Positions 1 through 9,738 of a stretch of 64,000 nt of DNA are shown here, in pieces; within the stretch, counting starts at the first letter, position 1; each line of letters begins with the position of its first letter. Made by a program: the position numbers and the translations under genes. Source of the DNA: a virus; the IMG/VR virus record IMGVR_UViG_3300049811_000081, positions 32,001-96,000 of that record; one strand, 5' to 3'. The notes below the pieces were generated by a model that was not told the origin of the DNA, did not search any database, and worked only from the letters and a program-made list of their open reading frames with translations.

Positions 1-146
1 GAACACCATAAGATATCAGTTTTTAAATTCAATTCAAAATTGCAAATATCACCTTTGAAAAAAAATAGAAAATTAGGAAATCTATCAAAATCCATTCTAG
101 TAGATAAACCAGACCATATCTCATTAAATGTTTCTTCTGGTGTCAT
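1..146 (-). CDS. Partial hypothetical protein (MTPEETFNEIW...), paralog of 3324..3695 and 39795..40127
   Basis: Manual translation MTPEETFNEIWSGLSTRMDFDRFPNFLFFFKGDICNFELNLKTDILWCS; runs off the window edge. Confidence 0.75.
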   Translation of the reverse strand, partial: MTPEETFNEIWSGLSTRMDFDRFPNFLFFFKGDICNFELNLKTDILWC

Positions 147-152
147 GTTTTA

Positions 153-677
153 TTAAAAATGTATTTTAAATCCTTGTTTTTTAAACTCTAACAAAGCCTC
201 AGCATTTCCTTTTGCGTCATCAAGAGCATTGTGTGTATGTCTTGTTTTTCTGTAACGTCTTTTCCATTCTTGGTTTAAACCAGAATCCATTTTCATCCCA
301 CAATAAATGTCACCAATTCTCCTACCAGAAAATCCAAATGGATTTGAACCAATGAAATAATGGAAGTACCAATTTATCCATTGCCAATCATACGCAAGAT
401 TGTCAGAAATAAAAGTCGGTTTCCCCTTTGAATTATTTAAAATCCAATGGTTAAATCTGTGCATTTCTTCTTGGGGATCGTCGAAACCCATGTGTTCTTC
501 CCTACTGAACCCACTAACAGATAATGCTTGGGGTATCCAATTATCGGATATCGGTTTTACCTTACTATAAAATGTTTTATCCAACGCATTATCTACGATA
601 ACCGCACCGAAAGACACCATCGAATATTTGTGTGGTATTGGTCCGTCAGATTCAACATCAACTACTATATAACTCAT
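153..677 (-). CDS. DEDD-family 3'-5' exonuclease (RNase AS/RNase T-like)
   Basis: DVESDG, YDW and HNALDDA exonuclease motifs. Confidence 0.85.
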   Translation of the reverse strand: MSYIVVDVESDGPIPHKYSMVSFGAVIVDNALDKTFYSKVKPISDNWIPQALSVSGFSREEHMGFDDPQEEMHRFNHWILNNSKGKPTFISDNLAYDWQWINWYFHYFIGSNPFGFSGRRIGDIYCGMKMDSGLNQEWKRRYRKTRHTHNALDDAKGNAEALLEFKKQGFKIHF

Positions 678-904
678 TTTTGTTTTTCTTTTTTTATGAC
701 TTTTTTAAGTTCTCCTTTTAGTCTTATTATTTCTTCTTTTAAATGATCCGCCTCTTGTTGTTTATAATAACCCTCCATTTCTAAATTCATCGCATCTCCT
801 TCAACATATTCGAGTTCTTCATTTAATCTTTTAATTTCTTTTTTAAGAACCGTAGATTTTTTTATAGAACTCTTCTCCTTTTTCGTGGTCTTTTTCGTTT
901 TCAT
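674..904 (-). CDS. Hypothetical coiled-coil protein
   Basis: ORF in packed minus-strand run; overlaps neighbour by ~60 nt. Confidence 0.5.
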   Translation of the reverse strand: MKTKKTTKKEKSSIKKSTVLKKEIKRLNEELEYVEGDAMNLEMEGYYKQQEADHLKEEIIRLKGELKKVIKKEKQK

Positions 905-1034
905 AATTTATATTTACGGCTTCAATTATTTGTTGTTTTTCCATTTTTAAAAAAATAAACGCCTCTTCATCTGTTATTATACCCGAAGGTAGTTTTCTCA
1001 AAAGTTGGGTAAGTGCGGTATCTTTCTTATCCAT
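843..1034 (-). CDS. Hypothetical phage protein (MEKQQII..A motif)
   Basis: ORF track; motif typical of small phage proteins. Confidence 0.6.
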   Translation of the reverse strand: MDKKDTALTQLLRKLPSGIITDEEAFIFLKMEKQQIIEAVNINYENEKDHEKGEEFYKKIYGS

Positions 1035-1078
1035 ATTTTATGGATTAATCAATATTGGGTTTAGATCATGTTGGTGAC

Positions 1079-1348
1079 TTAATTTAATTGTTTTACCATA
1101 TATTCTTTTGGTGAAAAAACGTCATACCCTAACTCATTTAAACACTCCGTTAATGACTTTAAAGAAAATTGTCCCACAACATTTTTTCCGTTAGGTAACT
1201 CAATGATTATGGCAAAAGATGGTTTATCATCTACCGTTCCGTCTTTTTTATGGTGCAACTCAATAGGTCTCCCTTCAATAACATCATCAAGATGAGAGAC
1301 ATCAAGCGTATCAAATTCATGATCAAAGGTCTTTATAAACTTTCCCAT
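1079..1348 (-). CDS. Hypothetical protein
   Basis: ORF in packed minus-strand run. Confidence 0.65.
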   Translation of the reverse strand: MGKFIKTFDHEFDTLDVSHLDDVIEGRPIELHHKKDGTVDDKPSFAIIIELPNGKNVVGQFSLKSLTECLNELGYDVFSPKEYMVKQLN

Positions 1349-1381
1349 GTGAATTTATTTTTGTCTAAAATAAGAATTTTT

Positions 1382-2185
1382 TTATAAAAAAAGTCTTTTT
1401 TGGATAAGTTGGACGTAATTTTCTTCTTTTTCAAATAAAATATAATTTCTATTATTGTTTTTGCAAGCAATCCCCGTTGTTCCACTACCCGCAAATGGAT
1501 CTAAAATGAGGTCTCCCTCATTTGTAAATGACTTCACGAAGAACTCAACCAACTTTTCGGGAAACGTTGCGGGATGATGTTGTTTGTCTGTGAATTGATT
1601 GGTTACATTATTAACATTTATAACATTGGATGGTCTGGACAGTTCCAAATTTCTGATATTCGTCGTATTCATTCCTGTCATTCCGCTACCATTCTTTGGT
1701 TTACCACATTGTTTTCTATATGTTCTTGCAATACTTTCTTCCTTGATTGGTGTTCCGCAAGCCAAAGGATTAAACGTGATGTCGTTTGGTGATGACTTAG
1801 TGAAATGATATATGGGTTCAAATCCATTTTTAAATCTTCCTTTCAGGGATCCAGGAAATGGATTTTTAGTCCAACAATATTCTTCAACAAAATAAAACCC
1901 CACTTGTCTCTTTAGTGAAGAAACCAAATCAAATACGTATAACGATCTCTCACCTTTATTGGTATGTGGTTTTATGTTTAGAAAAAAACTACCAGTGTTT
2001 TTCAACACTCGTTTAATTTCTTTTCCAAGAGGTAAAAACCAATCGACATAATGATCTTCATCTACTCCACCATAAGTTGTTTTTCTTCTTTGCGCATATG
2101 GTGGTGATGTAAATACCATATCTACGGTGTCATCAGGTATATCTTTAATTAAATCAAAACAGTCTCCTAATAATACATTATCCAT
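1382..2185 (-). CDS. DNA N4-cytosine/N6-adenine methyltransferase, beta class
   Basis: TSPPY catalytic motif before HPATFP and LDPFAGSGTT SAM motif. Confidence 0.92.
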   Translation of the reverse strand: MDNVLLGDCFDLIKDIPDDTVDMVFTSPPYAQRRKTTYGGVDEDHYVDWFLPLGKEIKRVLKNTGSFFLNIKPHTNKGERSLYVFDLVSSLKRQVGFYFVEEYCWTKNPFPGSLKGRFKNGFEPIYHFTKSSPNDITFNPLACGTPIKEESIARTYRKQCGKPKNGSGMTGMNTTNIRNLELSRPSNVINVNNVTNQFTDKQHHPATFPEKLVEFFVKSFTNEGDLILDPFAGSGTTGIACKNNNRNYILFEKEENYVQLIQKRLFL

Positions 2186-2447
2186 TTTTATTTTCTCTTT
2201 CTTCTAATTTTATTAAATAATCTCTACACTTAGTTGCGGTTTCGTAATCTTCTTTTTCAATGGCTTTATTCATTATATCAAACAAGACATACTTCAGGAG
2301 TTCATCCGTGAGTAAATTATTGTTGTTATAAAAAGTTTGATACTCCCTGAATAAATTGTGATATAAATTCGTTAAATAATGTAGGTAAAATCCTACGATG
2401 AACACTAAGGACGAACATATAATCACTAAAATCAGATTTTCAGACAT
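2178..2447 (-). CDS. Membrane-anchored protein with C-terminal UVR (UvrB/UvrC) motif
   Basis: N-terminal hydrophobic helix; AIEKEDYETATKCRDYL resembles the UVR coiled-coil motif. Confidence 0.6.
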   Translation of the reverse strand: MSENLILVIICSSLVFIVGFYLHYLTNLYHNLFREYQTFYNNNNLLTDELLKYVLFDIMNKAIEKEDYETATKCRDYLIKLEERENKNG

Positions 2448-2458
2448 ATGTAATAGAT

Positions 2459-2821
2459 TTAATCGTTATTGTTACCGTATTTCTTTTTAAGTTCTTCGTA
2501 CAGTTTTTTTTCCTCTTCTACTTTTTTGATCTCCACCATTTTTGTATGTTCTTTTAGTGCCTTCTCCAAACGCTTCCTAACTTTCATTTCTTCATCGGTT
2601 TCATACCTACATAAAGAAAAAGTGATGTTATATTCATCACAATCCGTGATTTGTATTTTATCATATTTCAGTTTTCGTTTTGAGATCTCCGATTTAATTT
2701 CCTTCTCGATCTTTTTTAAATTTAATATTACATCGTCTATAGTTCCTTGGATCACATCACGAAAATCGTGCATGAAATACTCATCCAACTCAACTAACTT
2801 TCTTTTATTATCTGTTTTCAT
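2459..2821 (-). CDS. Hypothetical protein, paralog of the N-terminal part of 21956..22579
   Basis: Shared DEYxI, ETD(E/D)E and KLYEELKxKYG motifs. Confidence 0.7.
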   Translation of the reverse strand: MKTDNKRKLVELDEYFMHDFRDVIQGTIDDVILNLKKIEKEIKSEISKRKLKYDKIQITDCDEYNITFSLCRYETDEEMKVRKRLEKALKEHTKMVEIKKVEEEKKLYEELKKKYGNNND

Positions 2822-2826
2822 ATGAT

Positions 2827-3036
2827 TTATTCAATTATTGCGTTTCTGTTTTCGTCAATGATGACGCTTTTTGCAAATCCCTGAAGAACCACCAGCGGTT
2901 GTTGTTTATTCCATTTTGTTTCAACAGGCACTTTACAATTTATGTTTTTAACGGGTATACATTGTCTATTCCAATGGATTGTGAGTTCTCCCGTAGATTT
3001 TCTAAAATGAAAAAAGAACCTTTTTTGTCTACTCAT
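2827..3036 (-). CDS. Hypothetical protein
   Basis: ORF in packed run. Confidence 0.6.
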   Translation of the reverse strand: MSRQKRFFFHFRKSTGELTIHWNRQCIPVKNINCKVPVETKWNKQQPLVVLQGFAKSVIIDENRNAIIE

Positions 3037-3319
3037 TGTGAGTTATGTTTTCATTTGATTTCTCCCCTTTCCAACCTTTATATTTAATCCAATTTCCTTG
3101 TGGGTGATCTTTACCGTCCCATTGTTCTAATGCTGCAATGGCTTCACCTAAGTTGGAAAAACAATATCTTCCCCCATATCCATATTCATCAATTTCAACA
3201 ACCAATCCATAAGTAAATAAAAATGGTAGAACCGCACATACTCCGACATTATCTATCTCTCTTGGATAAATATAACCATTTTCTTCCATTATTTTCTTAA
3301 GTGCTTCTGAAATTGCCAT
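3029..3319 (-). CDS. Hypothetical phage protein (GRYCF...WDG motif)
   Basis: ORF in packed run. Confidence 0.65.
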   Translation of the reverse strand: MAISEALKKIMEENGYIYPREIDNVGVCAVLPFLFTYGLVVEIDEYGYGGRYCFSNLGEAIAALEQWDGKDHPQGNWIKYKGWKGEKSNENITHNE

Positions 3320-3323
3320 AATA

Positions 3324-3695
3324 TTATATTTTTTGTTGGAAAAATTCCTCAGTCTCCATTATATGTTTATGTATAGGTATGGTTGGATTAAAATATACTT
3401 CTATTCGACATGGATTACCTTGTTCAATAATTTGTGGAAAAACTGTTCTTAGACCAAAATATTGTTGTGTGTGATATTTTATTAAATCTCTGGTTTCAGC
3501 ATACCCCATACCATATTTCACATAAAAGATTTGCCATACGTTACGAAACGAACACCATAGATCTTCAGTAGGTAGAAACAATTCAAAATAAAATTTATTT
3601 TCTTTAAAGAAAAATAATGAATTGGGGAATTCTTCAAAATCTGTCTTAATCACCAATCCATTACAGATTTCTTTAAAATTTTCTTCTGGTGTCAT
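3324..3695 (-). CDS. Hypothetical protein, MTPEE paralog family
   Basis: MTPEExF...DFxxFPNxLFFFK...LWCS shared with 1..146. Confidence 0.75.
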   Translation of the reverse strand: MTPEENFKEICNGLVIKTDFEEFPNSLFFFKENKFYFELFLPTEDLWCSFRNVWQIFYVKYGMGYAETRDLIKYHTQQYFGLRTVFPQIIEQGNPCRIEVYFNPTIPIHKHIMETEEFFQQKI

Positions 3696-3699
3696 TTTA

Positions 3700-4149
3700 T
3701 CAATTTAATCCAATCGAAACTCCGCATTGTGTATTAATACCTCTAGTGCCATATTGGGGTTCTAAGATAAACGCAAATCTGTGTCCGTCATCAACAGGAA
3801 TAACAAACCTTGTTCCAAATGATGCATAGAATTTACTAAATTGAACAACCCCAACGGTAGTTGTTATATAAATGTTTCTGTTTAATCTATACGTCGGTTT
3901 GATATACGCATCGATGCCATATTGATCGTCATCTAATAACTTATTATAATGAGATCGGTTTTCAATATACGCTCCCCCTAAAAAAATACCAAACGGTTTA
4001 TCTACCGGCCATAACCCCATCTCCAACCCAACACTGGCAAATTGTACATATCCCGTTACTGCCATAAAATTATTACGATCCATACAAATCTGTGATTTGA
4101 TTGAATACCCAAATAAAACAAACATCAGGATGAAAATTGATTTTTTCAT
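3700..4149 (-). CDS. Secreted protein, possible small outer-membrane beta-barrel
   Basis: Signal peptide ending SIKS-Q; alternating hydrophobic/Gly beta-strand pattern. Confidence 0.55.
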   Translation of the reverse strand: MKKSIFILMFVLFGYSIKSQICMDRNNFMAVTGYVQFASVGLEMGLWPVDKPFGIFLGGAYIENRSHYNKLLDDDQYGIDAYIKPTYRLNRNIYITTTVGVVQFSKFYASFGTRFVIPVDDGHRFAFILEPQYGTRGINTQCGVSIGLN

Positions 4150-4526
4150 ATGAATTTTAATTTAAAATTAAAAAGTAGAGATTGTATTCTTTCTTTACCT
4201 ATTGGGTTCATAGAATGAACGTACACTATTGGGAATTCCTGCACTCCATTATCGATGATATAATCCACCAGCCACAAAGCACAATGATATCCATTTTTTT
4301 CATCGACATTATCATCATCGGAAACATAATGAATATCAGCCAAATCGTGATCAAATGATATGTGTGTTGGCATACCATTTTCATTTATGTATTGAACAAA
4401 TTGATCATAGCTTCTAACAATGACCCAATCATATAATCTATATTCCCTGCGTAAATCAACGGGGTACATATAATTACCAACCTCGTAAGGTTCACGAACA
4501 TCATCCAAAAATAACCTGTAACTCAT
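4146..4526 (-). CDS. Cyclic-phosphate-processing receiver-domain protein
   Basis: LFLDDxR, ISFDHDL and HSMNPxG motifs. Confidence 0.8.
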   Translation of the reverse strand: MSYRLFLDDVREPYEVGNYMYPVDLRREYRLYDWVIVRSYDQFVQYINENGMPTHISFDHDLADIHYVSDDDNVDEKNGYHCALWLVDYIIDNGVQEFPIVYVHSMNPIGKERIQSLLFNFKLKFI

Positions 4527-4527
4527 A

Positions 4528-4752
4528 TTAATAATACCATCCCATTTTAAGTTTTTTAATTGGTGTTAATTGACTGGTGTAGTTTTTAAAGTTCTCCCAT
4601 TCACCCGCACAATTATAGACAACACGAACTTCTGTTAGTGAATTCTCAGGAATTTCTTTGACCACACCATTTTCAATCATTGTTTCATCACATCCCTCGA
4701 ATGGTACATAATGTACCTTGTCTCCAATTCTTAATTTCGATATATCAATCAT
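4528..4752 (-). CDS. Hypothetical protein (SH3/KOW-like GDKV)
   Basis: ORF in packed run. Confidence 0.6.
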   Translation of the reverse strand: MIDISKLRIGDKVHYVPFEGCDETMIENGVVKEIPENSLTEVRVVYNCAGEWENFKNYTSQLTPIKKLKMGWYY

Positions 4753-4775
4753 ATTTTTGTTTTATGATTTGAATA

Positions 4776-4997
4776 TTAAATTCTTTGTTCCAAATCTATT
4801 TTTACTTCTTTCCAAAACATTATCCTTTCATCACAATGCCCAACCATGTCGTTAACAAACTTCAACTCTTCTATTAAGATCTTACAACATTCAATCGATG
4901 ACATTGTGGCCAAATGGTTATCACCTTCATGTTTAATTAAATATGTTTCTATCAATCCATTCGACATTTCCATTACTGACATCTTATTTCTATCCAT
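4776..4997 (-). CDS. Hypothetical protein
   Basis: ORF in packed run. Confidence 0.6.
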   Translation of the reverse strand: MDRNKMSVMEMSNGLIETYLIKHEGDNHLATMSSIECCKILIEELKFVNDMVGHCDERIMFWKEVKIDLEQRI

Positions 4998-5037
4998 GTT
5001 AAATCGTCGTTTTTAATGTGAATAAAAGTGGAGGTGG

Positions 5038-5496
5038 TTAATTACTTGTTTTAAAATCTATTTTAACTTCTGGTTCATGGTGTTTTTTGGGTTTTGATAT
5101 AACCAAACATTTGTTTATTTTACCTGTATTGGAATACCTTTCAGCGGTTCTATAAAGAGTATTCCTCCAATCAGGATTTAGGTTATGTAATGAGGTATGA
5201 ATGGAAGATATGTTTTCATCAATCACCTTCCTGTTATTCAAAACATTGTCATAATAATACCTATGCACACTTTCTGTTATTGCAGCCAATACAATCGGTG
5301 AATTTAGAATATGATCCTTCAATTTTTGTAATAAAATTTTTCTTTCGATATTTTCATTTTCCTCCCTGTTCTTATCAGTTACGTAATTATCGATAATCTG
5401 TGATTTCTGTTCTTCAATAAAATCAATCAGAACGTTGTGTTCGTTGATTAACGATTCACACAATTCGATTTGTGTATGAGGATCTTTATTTTCCAT
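5038..5496 (-). CDS. Hypothetical protein
   Basis: ORF track. Confidence 0.6.
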   Translation of the reverse strand: MENKDPHTQIELCESLINEHNVLIDFIEEQKSQIIDNYVTDKNREENENIERKILLQKLKDHILNSPIVLAAITESVHRYYYDNVLNNRKVIDENISSIHTSLHNLNPDWRNTLYRTAERYSNTGKINKCLVISKPKKHHEPEVKIDFKTSN

Positions 5497-5522
5497 TGTT
5501 AATGATTTGTATGTTAAAAACC

Positions 5523-5554
5523 AATTAGGGTAGATTTAAATGTCTACCCTAATT
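5523..5554 (-). terminator. Probable intrinsic terminator
   Basis: Perfect 12-bp inverted repeat AATTAGGGTAGA/TCTACCCTAATT, T-run downstream on the minus strand. Confidence 0.7.
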
Positions 5555-5584
5555 ATTTGTCATTACAATAACCACATGATGTCT

Positions 5585-5812
5585 TTACGGTACATGGTCA
5601 AAAACAACATTGTTCAATTGTACCTTATCCCCCACGACTTTACCGTGTGAAAAACTCGCAACCAAAACCATGTTATTGAAATCAAGACGGATATTTTCTC
5701 CGTGATAATTCATATCATCATCACGGTTTTCAATATTCTTGAAATGTTTTTCAATTGCATATTTCGGATTTTTTTCACCGATAAATGTGAGAATGTGCTT
5801 AAGATTTTTCAT
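5585..5812 (-). CDS. Hypothetical protein
   Basis: ORF track. Confidence 0.6.
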   Translation of the reverse strand: MKNLKHILTFIGEKNPKYAIEKHFKNIENRDDDMNYHGENIRLDFNNMVLVASFSHGKVVGDKVQLNNVVFDHVP

Positions 5813-5822
5813 TTCATTTATT

Positions 5823-6503
5823 TTAAAAAGTCATAACTGGTTTGTCGTTTCTGTCCATGAATTGTGTGGATTCATAGTGGAACTGATATGGAGATTGTTG
5901 ATCCGAATAGTTGTACAAAACAAAATAGGATGAACCTTTATAGTTTTTGTAGTACTGATCGAAGTAATCCATATTTGCCATGGTACAGAAATCAATTTTA
6001 CCACCCGCACTCTTGCCAAGAATATTCCTGTATTGCTTCCAAGCTTCTTTGTTTTTATGTAAAGTGCTAGGAAGTTCAAAAACTTGGTAATTATGACAAA
6101 TCCCGTGATAGATAATTCCAACACTAGTGAGCTTTTCGATATCATCCAATCCAATGAAATCGTCAGAACTCTCTTCTATGGTGAAACTGAGATCCCTTAA
6201 TGATTGAGACACCTTGGAGAACTCGTCAACAGGAATGGTCTTTCCATAATGATTGATGTCTTGGGCGGGATACTTATTTTTGTTCTTTTCAAAAATCTCA
6301 AAGTATTCCTCATACTTATAAACATCCTCCGGCAAAATGTTCTTCGCCTCAACATTTCTAACTATCCAACTGAAATATTGAAACTTGTGTTTCGCCACTT
6401 TAATAATTGACGAAACATCTTTGGTGGTAAACGTTTTGTCCTTACCAAAATGCTTCTTCAAAAATTTTTTAACGTGTGGATTTGACTTAAACTCGCTGTC
6501 CAT
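5823..6503 (-). CDS. Hypothetical protein with (W/F)CT motif, related to 30137..31186
   Basis: DINHY...LG...FCT...YF.QY...YQFH pattern. Confidence 0.65.
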   Translation of the reverse strand: MDSEFKSNPHVKKFLKKHFGKDKTFTTKDVSSIIKVAKHKFQYFSWIVRNVEAKNILPEDVYKYEEYFEIFEKNKNKYPAQDINHYGKTIPVDEFSKVSQSLRDLSFTIEESSDDFIGLDDIEKLTSVGIIYHGICHNYQVFELPSTLHKNKEAWKQYRNILGKSAGGKIDFCTMANMDYFDQYYKNYKGSSYFVLYNYSDQQSPYQFHYESTQFMDRNDKPVMTF

Positions 6504-6515
6504 GTTTTAAAATTT

Positions 6516-6959
6516 TTAGTTTTTGATTTTAACGATCATGATTAAATACAATTCTTCGGAACAAACTATTGTATAAATATAGTTATTTCTTTCTTCATTT
6601 ATCAAATACCCCTTTTCAATTTTTGCGTATCCGGTTTGGATCGATTTGTGGTAATCAACCACATCATTCAGATCTTTTAACCCAAATGTTTTATTGACTA
6701 AAGTATTGTCAACATCAATGTCGTATTTATCCAATCCTTCAATCATGTCATATATCGCAGAATTTAAGCCAACGGGTGTTGGTTTATAACATTTAGTCCA
6801 AACATCAGTCCCGTCAACATTGCTGAACAACCAAACGTTGTATTTAATTTCGTCTTTATTTAGACGTAAGGGTATTGCGTCTTTTATATCAAACTTTTTT
6901 GGTTGAGCAAATGAACCGACCCCAAACAAACATAACAACAATAACAAATGAAGTTTCAT
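6516..6959 (-). CDS. Secreted hypothetical protein
   Basis: Signal peptide ending SFA-Q. Confidence 0.65.
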   Translation of the reverse strand: MKLHLLLLLCLFGVGSFAQPKKFDIKDAIPLRLNKDEIKYNVWLFSNVDGTDVWTKCYKPTPVGLNSAIYDMIEGLDKYDIDVDNTLVNKTFGLKDLNDVVDYHKSIQTGYAKIEKGYLINEERNNYIYTIVCSEELYLIMIVKIKN

Positions 6960-7037
6960 ATTTAATATTTTTTCGAAAATACTAACAATATTCGAAATAA
7001 CAAAATAATTTTTGTATAATTTTTATTTTATTATATT

Positions 7038-7817
7038 TTAAGTATCAAATGTCATTTTTTCGAACCTTTTTAGGGTAATATCGAAAAATCTTTTCTCCTT
7101 TTCTATTCCGATTGATTTTCTTTTTAGTTTATGTGCTGCCAGGTTTGTCGTTCCTGACCCCATTGCGTTGTCTAAAATTAAATCCCCCTCATCTGTATAT
7201 GTTTTAATCAACATTTCTAATAATGCCATGGGTTTTTGTGTTGGGTGGATTGTCCCATCTAATTTTGTTTTTTGTTTATCGGAAGAAAATATTTGTACAC
7301 TTCTTGGATATCTATCTGTTTCACCACCACCACTAATGTCTTTATTGACTTTACCGTATATCTCCGTTTTATTACAAACCTCTTTCTTTTTTGTGTACTT
7401 GTTTACTGGTTTATGACCATACGTTTTTTGTGGATTAAATTTAGGTTGGTTCTTATAAAAGACCAAAATATTTTCGTGAGCTTTCATTGGCATTTTTTTG
7501 GCATTAAAATAACCAGTTGCTTGGGGTTTTTCCCAAATCCATTCATACCTTAACCAAGATAAATTTGAACAACCCAATACTTTATCAAATGGTGTTTGGG
7601 CAAACAATAAAATAACCCCGTTGTCTTTTATTATTCGTTTATAGTTCTCCCACAAAAGATCCAGATCTAAAATACTATCCCATTTACAGTTTGTTGTCCC
7701 GTAAGGTAAATCCGAAATAATTGCATCTATGGACTTATCTTCAATTTGTGAAAAATAATCAAAACAATCTCCATGAACTAAAGTAGTATTAATAAAATCT
7801 GTATTTTCAAAATACAT
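7038..7817 (-). CDS. DNA N6-adenine methyltransferase, beta class
   Basis: DLPYG, HPTQKP and LDNAMGSGTT motifs. Confidence 0.92.
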   Translation of the reverse strand: MYFENTDFINTTLVHGDCFDYFSQIEDKSIDAIISDLPYGTTNCKWDSILDLDLLWENYKRIIKDNGVILLFAQTPFDKVLGCSNLSWLRYEWIWEKPQATGYFNAKKMPMKAHENILVFYKNQPKFNPQKTYGHKPVNKYTKKKEVCNKTEIYGKVNKDISGGGETDRYPRSVQIFSSDKQKTKLDGTIHPTQKPMALLEMLIKTYTDEGDLILDNAMGSGTTNLAAHKLKRKSIGIEKEKRFFDITLKRFEKMTFDT

Positions 7818-7842
7818 ATGATACGATTAATATTTTAGAAAT

Positions 7843-8784
7843 TTAAATATATGTATAGTTCTTAAATTTTGCAGATTTTAACCTACCTTTTATTGTCATA
7901 GGATGAATATTAAGTTGTTTACTAGCCTCGTTAAGTGTTCTGTATTGAATGTTATCAACTATAAATGGTTTATTCCATACTCTTTGTTTACCTATTTGGG
8001 GTTTAGATAATCTTTCAAATTGTTCCTTATAGGTGTAACATTTTTTTATTTTTTCTTTAAAACGATAATTTATGTACTTTGGATTTTTACTTAAAACTCT
8101 CCATCGTATAGTGTTAGCACATATTGATAGTTTTTTAGATGCTTCACCATAAGATCTATATTCAACATCATCAATTATGATAGGTTTATTTTGTTTCCCA
8201 GCATACTTCCCCATTCTTAATTGTGATATTTTTTTCTTTGTTTCTTCTGAATGTTTTTTATTAAAAAAAGGATTATTTTCATTACTTCTTGGAACACACT
8301 TTTTACAATATGTGTGACCATATCCTATTCTTTTTCCGCATTTACAATATATGAAAGACTTTCCCCCTCTCCAATTTGGATTTTTTTCTAAAGGTTTTGA
8401 AAATATTTTCTTTTTTTCATCATCGGATAAACTATCTCTCCATCGTTTAGAACCGCTTTTTATGTTTTCAACAATTATTTTTTTATTTGGATTTTTGGAA
8501 AAATTGTCTCCTCCGCCAGCCTTTAAACCTATGTTATACTCTGGATTTGTATCAAGATATTTTTGTTCAATTTCAAATAATTCATTTTCCGAACACTCTT
8601 CAATTATCTCAAAAACGAAATTTTTTTCCCCGTATTTATTCCAAGCTCTCTGTAGTATTTGATTATCGTGAGTATTATTTTTTAATTGTTTATTGTGTGT
8701 TACCCATCTTTTATGGATATTTTTAGATGATCCGTAATAACTTTTTTGATTAATTAAATTTCTAATTCTATATACACCAACCAT
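7843..8784 (-). mobile_element. Free-standing GIY-YIG homing endonuclease with NUMOD3 repeats (Seg-like)
   Basis: GVYRI..YYGSS..R..H N-terminus; NPFFNKKHSEETKKKIS NUMOD3; C-terminal HTH repeats; adjacent to thyA. Confidence 0.88.
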
Positions 8785-8830
8785 TTTTTCTTTATTATAA
8801 ATATCATCATAACAAAGAAAGTTGAATGGT
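8780..8830 (-). promoter_or_regulatory. Hairpin sequestering the endonuclease start codon, containing a GATATTTATA promoter-like motif
   Basis: 14-bp stem (8787-8800/8807-8820, 2 G-U on minus strand) plus ACCATT/AATGGT pairing over the ATG. Confidence 0.7.
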
Positions 8831-8842
8831 AGTCCTAAAAAA

Positions 8843-9673
8843 TTATATTGCCAATTCTAATTTAGAATTAATTTTAGTTATACCTTCAATACCGACAATT
8901 TCAAAATCATCGATGGTATATTGAAAAAAATCTTTTTTTTCTTTAAGTATTAGTTTAGGTTGTATATTGATTGGTTCTTTATTTAACAATTCAAACACAG
9001 CATCGAAATGTCTATCATAGATATGTAGATTTTGAACAAGGTGACAAAATTTCCCAACCTTATATCCACAATGTCCTGCCACCATCATTTGTAATGCTAG
9101 ATATTGTGTTTTATTTATCGCATTTGCAACTAAATAATCTGAGGATCTTTGTACTAATGTCATATCAAGCAAATACTCATTATTGATTTTTCTTATGGAG
9201 AATAAGGTTTCGTAAGCACAGGGGAATAGTCCTTTTGTTGACTTTAAATCATCATATTGATACATATTTATGATATGTCTTCTACTAAAGGGATCGTTAA
9301 TAAGATTAGTGAGTAATTCATTCATTAAATCATACTTTTTAATTGTTGCACCATATCTCTGACCTATCGTGTTATCACCAACATCCCATTCATCCCACCA
9401 ATTAATCCCCATTTCTCTAGCAATTTTTAATGATGAACTTTGTGTTTGATATATCCAAAAAATTTCTTTAATTCCTGTTTTTATTGCGGTATTTCTTAAT
9501 GTTGTGATTGGATATTCATCTTTTGAAATATCATATTCTTCAAAAACCCCTGTTATGTACTTTGAAGACGCCTTTGTTCCGTCAGAATATTTTGGTCTGG
9601 GGTTCTCATCCCAACAACCATCATTTATTATTTTTTTTAAATTTTCTAAATAATATTTATCCGCTTTATTCAT
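8843..9673 (-). CDS. thyA: Thymidylate synthase
   Basis: SRRH, LFPC (catalytic Cys), QRSSD, NxxQY and HIYDRH motifs. Confidence 0.95.
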   Translation of the reverse strand: MNKADKYYLENLKKIINDGCWDENPRPKYSDGTKASSKYITGVFEEYDISKDEYPITTLRNTAIKTGIKEIFWIYQTQSSSLKIAREMGINWWDEWDVGDNTIGQRYGATIKKYDLMNELLTNLINDPFSRRHIINMYQYDDLKSTKGLFPCAYETLFSIRKINNEYLLDMTLVQRSSDYLVANAINKTQYLALQMMVAGHCGYKVGKFCHLVQNLHIYDRHFDAVFELLNKEPINIQPKLILKEKKDFFQYTIDDFEIVGIEGITKINSKLELAI

Positions 9674-9690
9674 ACATAAAATATAAAAAA

Positions 9691-9714
9691 AAGATTACTC
9701 ATTTGAGTAATCTT
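9691..9714 (-). terminator. Intrinsic terminator
   Basis: 10-bp perfect inverted repeat AAGATTACTC/GAGTAATCTT followed by a T-run on the minus strand. Confidence 0.7.
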
Positions 9715-9738
9715 CGACAAGTATTTTTTGAGTAAGGT

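Noticed and set aside
7038-8784. Type II restriction-modification pair
   Set aside because: The nuclease has NUMOD3/HTH modules typical of homing endonucleases, not restriction enzymes.
8843-9673. ThyA as a dCMP hydroxymethylase feeding DNA glycosylation
   Set aside because: It retains the dUMP-specifying Asn (NxxQY) and canonical ThyA motifs; no base-modification genes are adjacent.
7843-9673. Group I intron in thyA encoding the GIY-YIG enzyme
   Set aside because: thyA is uninterrupted and ends normally (LELAI); the endonuclease is free-standing and no intron core was seen.
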